Positions 26,271-38,600 of a stretch of 64,000 nucleotides of DNA are shown here, piece after piece (the first letter of the stretch is position 1; each line of letters begins with the position of its first letter). The position numbers were made by a program, and so were the translations under genes. The DNA is from a virus: positions 11,217 to 75,216 of IMG/VR virus record IMGVR_UViG_3300045996_002431; one strand, written 5' to 3'. The notes under the pieces were generated by a model. That model did not search any database and had not been told where the DNA came from. It was given only the letters and a program-made list of their open reading frames with translations.

Positions 26271-26887
26271 TACGCTACTGTGATTTCTACTGTGTCAAAA
26301 ATTGAAGGATCTGAAATTGAAATCGCTTTGATTACAACGAATCCTGGAACGATTGATGTTACAAGTCCTGTCGCGTTTACTGTAGCTACAGCAAGGTCGT
26401 TTGATTCCCAAGTTACGCCAAGGTTGCTTGCGTTTGCAGGCAGAAGCGTAGCTGTTAACTGAAGGGTTGCGGCTGGAGCCATGTTACGGGTTCCAGCACC
26501 ATCAATTGATAACGAGGTTACGTTGATGTTTCTTGGTCCGCTGTTAACCGAGCAAGATGTATTTCCTTCTCCGTCATCAGTCTCTACGTTAGTAGAATTG
26601 AATCCGAGGCTTATTAGGGCCTGAAGTTGCGTTGCATCTATTAACCCTTTGTTTACCGCGCACATTACTTGCTTCCAGTAGTTTTCTACTATTTCACAAG
26701 AACAGCATTCAGTAGCGGTTGTTGAAGTTGATGATGTAGCCCGAGCTTCTAAGTCAACAATGTCACGATCTGAATCCATATAGGATAGATGGTTGTTGTT
26801 GGTCGAATCCCTGAACAGTTCTACTGTTCCGGCGGCTGGTGTTACGATTGAGCTCGGATTTTTCGAGCTTACTATGATGTCAGGCAT
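26270..26887 (-). CDS. virion protein with C-terminal Ig-like (Big_2) domain
   Basis: LQLTATLLPANASN..VTWES.D..VATVN..GLVT....G...I.A. Confidence 0.8.
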   Translation of the reverse strand: MPDIIVSSKNPSSIVTPAAGTVELFRDSTNNNHLSYMDSDRDIVDLEARATSSTSTTATECCSCEIVENYWKQVMCAVNKGLIDATQLQALISLGFNSTNVETDDGEGNTSCSVNSGPRNINVTSLSIDGAGTRNMAPAATLQLTATLLPANASNLGVTWESNDLAVATVNATGLVTSIVPGFVVIKAISISDPSIFDTVEITVA

Positions 26888-26894
26888 ATCTTAA

Positions 26895-27215
26895 TTAAAC
26901 TACGATTGATGATAAATACGTTGCGTACTCTGCCGGTGTAAGACAACCAAGAAAAACATCAGCTACCGTGAATACTTTAATGTATCCGTCGGGGCAGACG
27001 ATAGTGTTTTTCTTATAAAGTTCTGCGTCGTTTGGAGTAAGACAGCCAAGTGAGTTTCCCTCTTGGTCCTTAACTTCCACTAAACCCGGAGGGCAGCAGC
27101 TACATTCTGAAGTAGAACCGCATCCTGAATTACAGTCTTCGCAATCAGAACATTCTGAACTTGAAGATGTTAGAGCGAGGTATTTCGCGTATTCTTGTTG
27201 ATTGGTATAAGCCAT
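26895..27215 (-). CDS. Cys-rich tail-region protein
   Basis: Ten Cys; internal repeat CPPG..LGCLTP / CPDG..LGCLTP. Confidence 0.7.
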   Translation of the reverse strand: MAYTNQQEYAKYLALTSSSSECSDCEDCNSGCGSTSECSCCPPGLVEVKDQEGNSLGCLTPNDAELYKKNTIVCPDGYIKVFTVADVFLGCLTPAEYATYLSSIVV

Positions 27216-27228
27216 TTTTTAAATAAAG

Positions 27229-27591
27229 TTAGCAGTCGCAATTGCAGTTTTCACAAAGTATTGAAAGTTGTTCCCTTAGTTGGCAGATCTCGTCAGGACT
27301 CAGGCAGTTTGCCTCTTCCGGATCGATTTCAATACATTTTGTTTTGTATAAATTTAATGATTTGCAGTCAAAGTTCAAAATGTCCGATTCACTGACAATC
27401 ACCGAGGCTACCTGCACCTTTTTCTTAGGATGAAAATCATAATTTGCAAGCGCACTGTAGAGTTGATACATCGATAAAAGCTTAAGGTCTTCGGTTTCGT
27501 TGTTTTCTCCGAAGTTAAGCTTATCGATCCATCCACTAAGGTAGTCGACAAGGCAGTTTTGATATGTGCATATTAGCTTTTGGCTGATCAT
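27229..27591 (-). CDS. tail-region protein with Cys-rich C-terminus
   Basis: Ends LCENCNCDC; coupled to the upstream gene. Confidence 0.65.
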   Translation of the reverse strand: MISQKLICTYQNCLVDYLSGWIDKLNFGENNETEDLKLLSMYQLYSALANYDFHPKKKVQVASVIVSESDILNFDCKSLNLYKTKCIEIDPEEANCLSPDEICQLREQLSILCENCNCDC

Positions 27592-28430
27592 TAACCTATG
27601 AGCTTAATAAATACTCCAGCGTAATAAGGAGGTAGGTTGTTGTGTGACAATCCGCCGCCCGAGTTGGCCATTGTTATTCCTGTAGCTTCGCTTGCTACGG
27701 TTGCGCCGGTAAAAGCAGATTGGGCAGAAACTCCTGTTGCCGCAGCATCTACCGAAACAGTAGCTGGATTGGTTGGAGGATTTGTGGTTCCTGTATGGAA
27801 GTGATCACCGGCTACCCCTGAACCTGAATAAGCAACAGGACTTGCCGCTGCAAATGAGTCAGGACTTGCTCCGCTGGCCTCAAACGAGTTCGGAAGATCA
27901 GGTATTGGGTGACTGTGATTACCGGTTGTGTTTGTAGTGAAAGCGTGAGTGTGGTTATCTGTAGAGCTTGATGCGTGAGTGTGGGTTGGATCTGTTATTC
28001 CGTGCGTGTGTCCCGGATCAACGACGTTATGATCGTGACCAGGATCTGTTAATGGGTGCGAGTGAGCCGGGATCTGATTGATGGAAAGCGTTTCTGACGC
28101 TGTTCCGCCGGTGTCACCTGTATTGTAGAGATTCCCTGAACCAACAATAAACCTATCTACAAGGTTTGGGGTAGTAATCGTTACTCCCTTAGAGTTGACG
28201 TGAGACTGTCCATCACAAACAGCGTATAGCGCGTAGTCGCCTGATCCCTTACCTGTAGCGTAATCAAATAAAGCGATGTCACTTGCATCCTCAATAAAAA
28301 GGATAGGGTGACGGTTGATAAAAGGAGCCAAGAAACTGGTTAAGTTGTCTACAGTTTCCTGTAGTGTGATAACCGAATCTTCAACTGAACTTGATGATGC
28401 GCTTGTGCAGCCGCAATTATTGTTGCTCAT
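27591..28430 (-). CDS. tail collar / short-fibre protein with HxH repeats
   Basis: CDG....TPNL.DRFIVG, GDTGG...TL...QIPAHSH, seven HxH motifs, H.NLPPYY. Confidence 0.8.
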   Translation of the reverse strand: MSNNNCGCTSASSSSVEDSVITLQETVDNLTSFLAPFINRHPILFIEDASDIALFDYATGKGSGDYALYAVCDGQSHVNSKGVTITTPNLVDRFIVGSGNLYNTGDTGGTASETLSINQIPAHSHPLTDPGHDHNVVDPGHTHGITDPTHTHASSSTDNHTHAFTTNTTGNHSHPIPDLPNSFEASGASPDSFAAASPVAYSGSGVAGDHFHTGTTNPPTNPATVSVDAAATGVSAQSAFTGATVASEATGITMANSGGGLSHNNLPPYYAGVFIKLIG

Positions 28431-28999
28431 TAGTATTTGAATTTATGGAACATCCAGGCATTCAGCGTTGGATTTGTTCCGGTAGCGATTAATCTTAAGT
28501 TTAATTCGGTAGCTGGACCGGCAAGAGGGGTTTCATCAGGGACCATTACGGTAACTGTATTCTTCCCGACTTGTAATTGAGTTTTCCACGAAGTCCCGGC
28601 GCTGAACACGTATGCTCCGCCTGCTTGATCTACAAACGACCAGGTTAATTCACCAGCGGTATCAATATCTATCTCAAGAGTAATGATGGCAGAGATGGTC
28701 TCGCCGTTTACTCCATGGATTAAAAGGTCGTAGGCTACTGATATGTCTTGCGGAAACTCAAAGAAACTACCATTCTCAACCGTTATAGCGGTTGTTCCGG
28801 CAGGGCCTTGAGGACCGGCAGGACCTTCAGGGCCAGCAGGACCGGCAGGACCTTCGGCACCAGCAGGGCCAGCGGCTCCGGCAGGGCCAGCGGGGCCAAT
28901 TGGTCCTTGAGGACCTTTAGGGCCTTGAGGACCTCTAATACCTTGTCTGTCAATTATTTTGACACACTTACAATTATCTACACCGCAACTGGTACACAT
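28430..28999 (-). CDS. collagen-like (Gly-X-Y) virion protein
   Basis: About 16 GPx/GAx triplets after a Cys-rich N-terminus. Confidence 0.8.
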   Translation of the reverse strand: MCTSCGVDNCKCVKIIDRQGIRGPQGPKGPQGPIGPAGPAGAAGPAGAEGPAGPAGPEGPAGPQGPAGTTAITVENGSFFEFPQDISVAYDLLIHGVNGETISAIITLEIDIDTAGELTWSFVDQAGGAYVFSAGTSWKTQLQVGKNTVTVMVPDETPLAGPATELNLRLIATGTNPTLNAWMFHKFKY

Positions 29000-29013
29000 G
29001 CTTTATTGGGAAT

Positions 29014-29568
29014 TTAAAAACAACAATCACACTTACATTGAGCGTATATTGTCTCAATGGATTTTTGGGCTTCTTTGAAACGTCCGCAATCTCCGGCGAT
29101 CTTAGTCATTTCCATAGCGGCTGACAAAAGGGCGATCTTTCTTTGATACTCGTCTCCCTGAAGCAGGAGTTTAATGTCTACTTTGTTTCTCAGTTTTTCA
29201 ACACAACACTCAGCAAGTCTGCTAAGTAGTTTTTGAGTCTTGGCTGATTTGTACTGTTTTCCGCCGATTTCCAGGATATATTGGAACGTCCAAACTCCAG
29301 GAATAACAACGCCGCCAACCATGAAACTTCTGACCAAGTAACCAACCCCGTCTGTACGCGGCATGTCGCCGGTCATATTGATTTCGTAAGTGGTTAATCC
29401 GTCAGGAGTTGTTGCTAATAACGTAGCTTTGTCAAAATCACCAATAGCTGGATTCTTTATACCAAAACCACCGGTATTCGATGAAGAGTGTGTGCCGGTG
29501 CAGTCATAAGCTATGAATCCTTCCGAATCTTCGGTAATGGAAACTTTTGGCTTAACAGTTTGAGACAT
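29014..29568 (-). CDS. tail-region structural protein
   Basis: 184 aa ending QCKCDCCF; first gene after an internal promoter. Confidence 0.65.
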   Translation of the reverse strand: MSQTVKPKVSITEDSEGFIAYDCTGTHSSSNTGGFGIKNPAIGDFDKATLLATTPDGLTTYEINMTGDMPRTDGVGYLVRSFMVGGVVIPGVWTFQYILEIGGKQYKSAKTQKLLSRLAECCVEKLRNKVDIKLLLQGDEYQRKIALLSAAMEMTKIAGDCGRFKEAQKSIETIYAQCKCDCCF

Positions 29569-29572
29569 ATTA

Positions 29573-29602
29573 CAAATTTAAGAAAATAGGCGAGAAATCA
29601 AA
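29573..29602 (-). promoter_or_regulatory. Bacteroidota sigma70-type promoter (-33 TTTG / -7 TAAATTTG)
   Basis: Minus strand TTTG-N18-TAAATTTG-taat-ATG. Confidence 0.7.
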
Positions 29603-29607
29603 ATGGA

Positions 29608-32600
29608 CTACTCGTCCACTGTTTCGAGATCCGAGAATAGTTGTTTTTCCACCTTTTTATCAAAATTGGAGATCTTGGACTTAATGGTGGATTCAAATTC
29701 TGAATCAGTCATCTCGGACAGTCTCTCGAAATTGTTCTCCATGTAATCAAGAAGCATTGAGCCGCGCATCTTATTGGCGTCGTATCTTTGTTTGGCGTCC
29801 AGGGGAATCGTTTCGATCCTTACTCCGCCATCGTCGTGAATGTTAACCTTTATCTTCCGCTTGTTGTAACCAAATGGCAGATAGTGTTTGTCTACAAACA
29901 TTTTGTAATACTCGTCATCTCCTGTTTTCTGATATCCGGCTATACCGAACTTCTCTTTTATTGGACGACCAAGCACGTCTATCTTGGACTCATTACCGTA
30001 GAATTGCTGAGAAACTACGTCTACTATAGGCATGTCTTTAATCACATCGTCCATAAATGACGTAGAGGCTATCCTGTCCTGATCGAAGAGTGCTTTGATG
30101 TCGGTGTTTGTTTGTGTTGCAATGTTTGGTACGAGTAGGGTTTTAGCTATTTGAGCTGATTTTTTACTAACGAATTCGTTAAATTTCCCGCCCTTATCTC
30201 CACCGCCTTTGATCATTTCATCGTACCCCTCTTCAACTGCCTTTAAAACCTCATTTACACCCTTCATGGAGGCCTGATCGTTAACGAGTCCCAGGTAGTT
30301 TATAAATACGTTTGAGGTCACGGAGGCTCCCATGTCTTCAGGTATACTTCCGTTATTCTCTATTCTCAGGTCATTAAGTAGTCCCGGGATAGCGAAGATG
30401 GTCATCCATGGTGTGTACTGATATTTAAGAAGTGGAACTCCGCCAACGTACACGGTGTATGGTTGATCGTATCCAGCCTGCTCGCGAGCCATTGCGTCAG
30501 TGTAGCTCTTTCCGTTCTTTCCGGTTATATAGAAGAATGGCTTATCGTCATCATCTCTTAGACCCTCCTGGAGGGCAATAAGAGCGGCAGTTATCGCGGT
30601 ATGAGTGATGGCGCTTTGTACGTGGCTCATGTATTGATCTCGTGTCATCTTCTCTCCGCCACCAAATTGGCCACGAACTCCGTATCCGCCATGAATTAGC
30701 GGGGATGCTATTCTTACCAGGTTCAGGATCGGTGCATTCTGAATAAGGTTATTGGCCACATTCATAGGAACCTTCAAGAACGGAATAAACACCCGGGTAG
30801 CTGGAACTTTATTTAAGAATCCTTGTATACCCTGGTAAAACCTTCCCATTGTTCCGGTAGGATCGTTCTGAAGAAGGGCCTCTTTAGACCATTCAATAGC
30901 TTCGGACATCACCTCTCCATCTCTTTGGTTTACTATTTGACGATATATCTCTCTTTGGTATTCCGCCTTTATTGTATTCCTTCTTTTAGCATCCTTGCCC
31001 GACAATTCTGCCTGAAGATCGAAATCTTCGCCGTAATAGTTTTTTAGAGACTCTTCTGCTTTCGCAGTAGCCGCATCAATCGATTCTTTAGTGTAGCCAA
31101 GATCTTTGTTAACCGACTCCATTACTTGATCATGAACTACTTTTTCGCCCATGTCTTGCAGGGCCTTAACTCTTTTGTTGTATAGGATTTGTTTTGCTTT
31201 AGACTCGGTTAATCCAACTGTTCCGAAAGCGTCTTCAGCAGACAACGCCCTTGTTGGCAGGTACGCGTACCTGTATAGTGTTTTACCAAGGAAGCTGTCG
31301 GATTTTGAAAGTTGCTCAAGGGATGATTGAGCTACCGGCTTCCCGGTGAATGCGTTCGTTCCTGTAAGCATCACTCCCTTTGCTTCATTTAACATGAAGT
31401 TAGCGACATTCTTAGTGTACGAGGCGTAAGCAGCACCCGACTTTAAGCCGCCCTTCTGAAGCATCATCTGAACAGGTTTATTGAGATATGTTTGAATCGC
31501 GTTGAATAAAACAAAGTTTTTCAGATGAGTTTCGTATCCTGAAAGGATCGAGTTATAGTAAATATCCGTGCCGAGCTCCCATGATCCGGTAGGTGTGTAT
31601 TTACGCATCTCATTATACAAGTCTCTCATCGCTTTGTCTTTCATGACTGAATTTTCAGTCTGAGATGCAACCTTTATAGATAATTCCCTTATTCTATCCT
31701 GAGCAGCGGTGTCAGCTTCCTTGAGTCCGATCGCTTCCATGAAGGCTGGTTTTAGCTTTTCCCCCTCGAAAGTTCCGTTTAAGACATCATTTACGATTCT
31801 GTCTTCAGCGACCTTATTATTCTTTTTTATTGTAGAGATTAACCCCTTATTTTTAATGGACTTTAATTTGGATCTTACTTGTTTCCGGGCCTGGTTTTCA
31901 AATTCCGAACTAAAGGTGTCAACTATGTGTTGAGCGTACCCGTTGGTTAAACCAAGCTCTGATATTAATCTTTTTTTGATCTTATCCTTAGACTCCTGAG
32001 ATGTGTTGCTGTCGGCGAGAATGGATCTTATTGCGTCGGATTGTTCTTTTACCTTGTCTTTAGCCTGAGATGCGATAAGGGAATCAACCTCCCTTGGAGA
32101 CGCATTCTTATATGCTTCTTTGATGGCCTGTGATACCTTATTGTTAAGGTTTCCCCACGCCTCCTGAAGTTCCTTCCCGTATACTTCGACACCGGCGGAT
32201 TGTAGAGCGGATTGCATTTTCCTTGACCATTGATTATACGTCAAGTATCCCTCATCAATGAAAGTCTCACCAACCTCTTGTATTGATTTTAGTTTTTCGG
32301 CATCAATCGGAGTTGAATTAGGTTCTTCAAACGAGAACTTTTCCCCCGGCTTGTTTTTACCGAACTTCTTTTTTAATTCCTCTAGTTTTGAGTTTCGCTT
32401 TTCGCGAATTGCATTAAGGTCTTTGCTTGATTTGGTGCCAACTGGACCATTGTATTTTGGTTGTGAGTACGCCGAGTTTGCGGCTTTTGATGAGGCTTTT
32501 GATTTAGCATCATCAACTACGCTTTTAGCTTCGGACGCGAATTTATTTATTCTCTGAGATGCTGATTCGCTGGCTGTGCCAAGTTTTTTCTCCAGTATTT

Positions 32601-35600
32601 TGGACTGAACATTCGCTATGGCAGCAACTTGCTTTTCAGCAAATATTTGAGGATTCATCTTATACATGAAGTTGTAGTAAGAGATCCTTCTTCCGGATTG
32701 TTCTCCGAGACTAGCAATATTGTCTATAATCTCAGCCTGTAGGTTTTTATTCAACTCGGGGTCTATACCCTTCTGCTCTAATGAATATGCAGCAGATAAG
32801 GCGTTGTCGAGTATGGCAGCTTGAATGTCTCCATCCATCTTGTCTCCATTACTCATGGCGAATTTAACGGCATCGCTAATGTTCTCGAATGCGTTCACTA
32901 TTTCGGCACCAAGCCCCCTGGCCTCTTCTTGAGAGTATCTTTTTGAATTGAGGGCTTTGTTGTAATCTCCACCAAACCTTTTAGTGATAGCGGCAATGAG
33001 TGTTCTTGGAGCGTCGTCATTATTGAATACCCTCTCAATAACCGCTCTTACCCTGTCTTCGACCGGAATACGATCGATAGCGATAATTTTGTCTTTAGTC
33101 TCAACGGAATGTCTAACCATCTTTGATTGACGGTTCTCCTCCTCCTTGATTTGTTGTTCCTGGGTTTTTTGTTCAGTTTTTGAGCCCTGTTCATTAGTCA
33201 TGAACTTTTGTTTTTCCTGAACAGGCTTTTTTGCCGACTTCATAATGTCGGCTATCATTTTGTCGGAAAGACCTTTTCGTTTAAAGTATTTAACGACGTC
33301 TTCTTCTGAGGCGCCTTCCTCTAATTTTTTGGCTACTGTTTCTCTGACTTTTCTTCCTGATTCTGACTCGGGGTCAAATTGGAATTTTCCTCGTTTTTCA
33401 TCTCCTGAAGACCTTTCAGATACGCCTCTCCCGCCTTCTTGCTCCACTCCTCCGCTTCCGATAAATTCTTGAAGCCGTTTACTGTCTCCGATGAGTCCTG
33501 CGTAGAGGCTTTCGACTGGGAATTTTGATCCTTTTTCGAGTTCTCCTGATTTGTATTGTCGTTCGATTTCATTTTTAATGTTCTCCTTCGCCTTTTCGAA
33601 GTCTACTTTTATCTTTTTTACGTCTTCTAATGAAATAGGTTTCGGTTCACCCTTCTTAAAATTGTTGTTAAAATAATGGAAGGATACGTTTTTATTGTCC
33701 TTGAAGTGTTCAGAAAGTTCTATAATAGTCTTAAGGGCCTTCCTATTTATCTCAGTAGCAATATCATAAGGCACTGTTCTGCCGACCTTTTTTGCTCTTT
33801 CAATAACCCCACCCTCTTTGCTGGTGAATGAATTTACCGGATCACGAAATGTGAACATAATATCAACACGCTTACCGTGATCGATGGCTTCTTGGATGTC
33901 GGCTACGGCACGAGGGAAGTTTGATAAATTTGTGTCAACCGTGATTTGGTTGTTTAATTTCATGTTCTCGGCAGCGCGAGACTTCCCTACACCGGATCCA
34001 CCTGCAGTGAATATAACTGAATTAGTCTTTCCTTCAGGAGCCTCTTTCTGAAGCTCTTCCTTGTACATTTTGCTTACAAATTCCCTTGCTGGTATCTGAG
34101 TTGCATTTGAAAGAAGTTCCGGATTGTTGTTGTACTCGGGAGAAAACACACGCGCACGATCGGTGTCAAAAATGTTTCCATTCTTTTTGAGATACTCTGT
34201 CTTTCTTTCCTCGTAATTCTCTTCCAGGTCTTTTTGCATTTTATCCTGGATGGTTTTTTCCGCCGGAGTAAGAGAGTTTTCGTAAGACTTCTTTCCTTGA
34301 ACAACCCAATCAGGTAATAGCCCAATTTTCTGTTCAGCGAAAGGGCGGTTTTTTGCATCAAGATAACCTTCCTCGCCCTTCTTGATAATAGCCCCTTCTG
34401 AATTCCTCATGTGAGGACCGAAGTTTACGAAAGAGTTTTGGCCACGAGTTTCAGTCGTCATGGCCCTCCTGGCTGATTCTGAGTACATTTTCGAATGCAC
34501 GTTCCATGCATTTTCCTCGCCTATCGGCCCAAATCCATTGCCAAGTTTGCCATGACCGAAAGCGTCGTGAACTCCGCGAAACACATCATTAACAAGCAGT
34601 GGCTTGCCATTAATATCCTTGTGACCTGAATCTCTCAATAACGGATTCTCATCGCGCTGAGAGTCTGAAATCTTGTTATTGCCGAATTCTTTATCAGTGG
34701 ATAAAACAAAGAGATGTTTATTATCTCTTAGGTCCTTAAGCATCGCTTTGCTGTCAGCGTAAGGCTCGCCTTCGCCTTCGAATATTTCAAACTTATACCC
34801 AGCTCCTGTTAGTGTTTTGTACTGATCAATGGTTTCTGTGGCCATTGCCTCATAAGCAGCCTTCACCTCGGGATTCTGAGGATCATGCTTCATTGCTATA
34901 AAAGCATCGGCGATTTTCTTTGAATTCTCATTATCCAGGCCTTTAACCGTCTCGGGAATTGAGTAATCTTTTATTCTTTTTGAATTAGCGTAAGATCTTG
35001 CAACGTCTGCTATTTCGTTGTCGTGTTGGAATTTAATATCCTTGCGTTTTGCGTTTGGCTTAAAGTTCCTGCTTTCCTCATTACTGTATTTTACAACGTT
35101 GCCAACCATTTTATTGTATGGTTCGGCTTTTAATGCCTCGGTTGTTTGAGCCCTTAGCGCTTTGGTTTTTCCGATATTCCACTCGGCAACCGTTACTTTG
35201 AATCCTTTTTCCGCAGCAAGCTTGGATATATATCCTACCTGCTTGTTAGGATCAAATGCCTTTCCGGGATGGTCTTTTTCAAACATAGCCTTTGCTTCAT
35301 CGTAAAGATTAAGCGGGTCTCTGTTTATTGGATAAACCTCTCCTTTCGGAATCCTGACTATGTGGCCGTAATTACTTGGGACGTTCGACTCCTGTAGATC
35401 AGGACGGGTATAGTACATTGAAATATTCACCCCTGGCTGTTCGTCCCTTCCGGTAGCTTGTGTGTTTGATCCGAATTTATTTGGATCTATTTTCTTTAAT
35501 TCTTTTGACGAGTAGTGGTAGAATACATAATTACCCTTGTCGTCTTCAGTCATTTGCTTACGCAGTCCTGATTCCTCTACAAGATCTCTTTTTTCGATCT

Positions 35601-38600
35601 GCTGCTTCTGATCACCTTGCTTTTCTGAAGTTTTGATCTCTTTATTTTTAGCCAGGTCTTCCGCCGCAAGTTCTACGAATTTGGTAAACGAAGTGTTCTC
35701 GTCGAACTTAAAATCATTCATTCCAAATGCGTTCTTAATAGTATCCCACATGTCCTTCATGGCCTGTGTAAATGCATTTTGATTAGCCATGTCAGAAAAT
35801 ACGTCTACGCCTTTCTTTCCGAGAGCCTGCACAAACGACTCTTCTGCTATATCATTATCTGATAAATGAGAATAGTTTGGGTTAGATTTCGCTTCCTTGT
35901 AGAAATCTGACTGCCTGGAAAGTTCGAGCATCTTGTCGTATGCTCCTGGGTTTTTTTCAAGAAGAACATCGGTCCATATGTGTCCGAACTCATGAACCGG
36001 GGTGTCCTTTTTAACCTTCGAAGGATTGAGATATATTTTATTGGTTTTCGGATCGTAGAAACCATTTGAATTAATAGCGTTTTCATGTTCAGAAGCCTGA
36101 GCGGCCTGATTGAACTCTTCCTGATTAAAAGAAACATCTGTCCCTTTAAATACCTTTCCTAATCTATTTTTAACGGCAAGATTCCAGGCTTCATTACCCG
36201 GCTTTAATACCGATGAGGTTTGTTGTTTTTGTTGTTCGTAGTCGTCCTGTTTTTTCAGAGCCTCTACTTCTGCATCCTCAAGACCTAAATCAACAGGCTC
36301 TTTCACTAGCGCTTTGTCGCGAACAATTTTCATGTTCTTGCCTTTTCCGCCGGAGAAATCTACCATTGAGGTTCCGTTATTCAGCTTGTATCTGATGATT
36401 CCTTTCTTAATGGATCCCTCTTCAACATAAGACACTTCAGAACCATCTTTGAGGTCAGCAATTTCTTTGTCAGTTAGAAATTCAAACTCGGGGGCCTTCT
36501 GCTCTTCGGGCTTATCTTTCTTTTCTGTATTCTCAGGTTTCTTCTCGCCAACTTTTTCTGTTTCCTCTTTAACAGGATCAGCAGTTTCGAACTCTTGGAA
36601 CGCCTTAAGCTGCGCGTTTACTTCTGATAACTTAGCTTCGTCTCTGAATTTGAAATTCTCATCAAGCCTTTTTACAGACTCGTCGAGAGACGCCTTTTCT
36701 CTTAGTAAAGGGATGACGCGAGACTTTGATTCGTCTGAGTAACTAGATGGAATTTTATCGTAAAGTTCTTTTGTTCTTTCAAGTGTGGCTGAAACTCTAT
36801 TGTACGCTTCGTTTGACAACTTCCCGCCATCTTTCATCTCGGAAAGAATTTTCTGAGACTCGTCGTAATTTTTCAACAACTCAAGAGTAGCCCCGTCCGT
36901 AATGGCTGACGAGCTTGATGATTGGGCTATCGCTGTGGCGGGGGCTGTTAAAGCAACAGAAAGAATGGTGTTTGACAGGAATTCGCTTTTTGATATCTCC
37001 TCATCCATCTTTCTATAAGACGGATCTCTTCTTGCTGAAGAGTTAGCGAGTATATTCACAGCCTTTTCGGCAATTGATTCAAGATTCTCCTGACCGGCTT
37101 CTTTTAGAGCCTCTTTTGAAGAGGTTCCTATAACACTTACTGCCTCGGAAATAAATTTATTGAATGTTTCTTTTTTAGTTAAAGATATCATTCCCTGTGA
37201 GGCATATCTTTTCGCCAAATCCTGCAACGATCCTTTGATTGTTGTTGGATTTAATAAAGCCTCGTTTGGAGACAGAGCGGCCATTATTGATGTAGCTGCG
37301 CTTGCTGCTAATCCATACGCAGAAGCTTCTTTATCTGACATCCCATGAGCAACAGCATCTTTCTTGTAATCATCATACGTAAATATGAATTGAGAGGATA
37401 CAGCAGCGGCCTCGTCTGCGTATTTTCCCAGCTTCGCTGTTTCGCCTAATTGACGAAGGCGACCAACCGGAGCCAGCATGATAGCCATGTCGGTTCCGAC
37501 TTTTGCAAGATTTGGACCAAGGCGATACATTCTCATGTTGCCGTTTTCATCAAAAAGATCAGTCTCGGAAACCGTGGCCTTTACAGTCGATTCAGTGAAA
37601 CTGTTCAATTTGTCAATGATTCTGTCGTTTACAGAGTATCCTGAATTGGCAACATCGCCAATGTCTTTAAGTGTTTCAAGTAGTCCGGCTCCGTTATCAA
37701 CAACGGTATTCCAAACGTTTGACAACGACTCTCTACCCTGATACAGCTTTGCTCTGCCGAATGTTCCCGACTTTATGTCTTCCGGGGTTACATCTTTGAA
37801 GTCTCCGGCGATAAGTTCTTCTTGTCTCTTGATGTCGGCTTGATCCTTCATCTTTTTGAGAACAGAAGGATTGTCTTTGATTATTTTAGCCTGAGCTCTT
37901 AAAACTTCGTCGTACTGTTTTTCAATATCGGAATAGGAGTCCAAAGCGTCTTTGTACTTAGGATCCGCGTCGAGTTTTTCTTTCTGTTGAGATAGGGAAT
38001 CCCATTTACTTTTAAGTTCTGTTTTCTTCTCGTCCGATAGTGCGTTCGGATCACCATATGATTCAATCTCGCTGGCAAGTTGGTTCATTTGACCAACTAC
38101 TTTACTGTATTCTTTTATTCTGTATTCGTGGCCCCTGGCTTTAGCTACTTCGGCATCATTCTTCGCCATACTAGCATTGAAGTTAAGAGCCTCCTGAAAT
38201 TCGTTATGTCTTTCTTTATCAGAAAGATCAAAACCATAATTCATCAACTTCTCGTACTTTTCATTGAATTTCTCAGGATTATTATCTTTCAGGTGCAGTA
38301 AATACTTTCCGTAAGCAGCCCCTTCAGGACCGTATGCTTTGCCGCCAGCTAATCTCGCTGTTGCGTTAGATACAACCTGGATGTCCGACTTCATTATGTC
38401 GGGATCTTTTGAAGAAAGTTTTTCACGAGATGTTTGCTCGTGCTGTTTTTCTTGCCAAGAATCTATTTTATCCTTAAACGCCTTCGATGCCCGGTATTGA
38501 CCACCAAGCATATTAGTTGTTTCGGATGGCATTGATGAGTTTGTCTTGTCAATGGTGTAATCCATCCTCGACATATCGGAAGCCATTTTAGGCAACTCTT

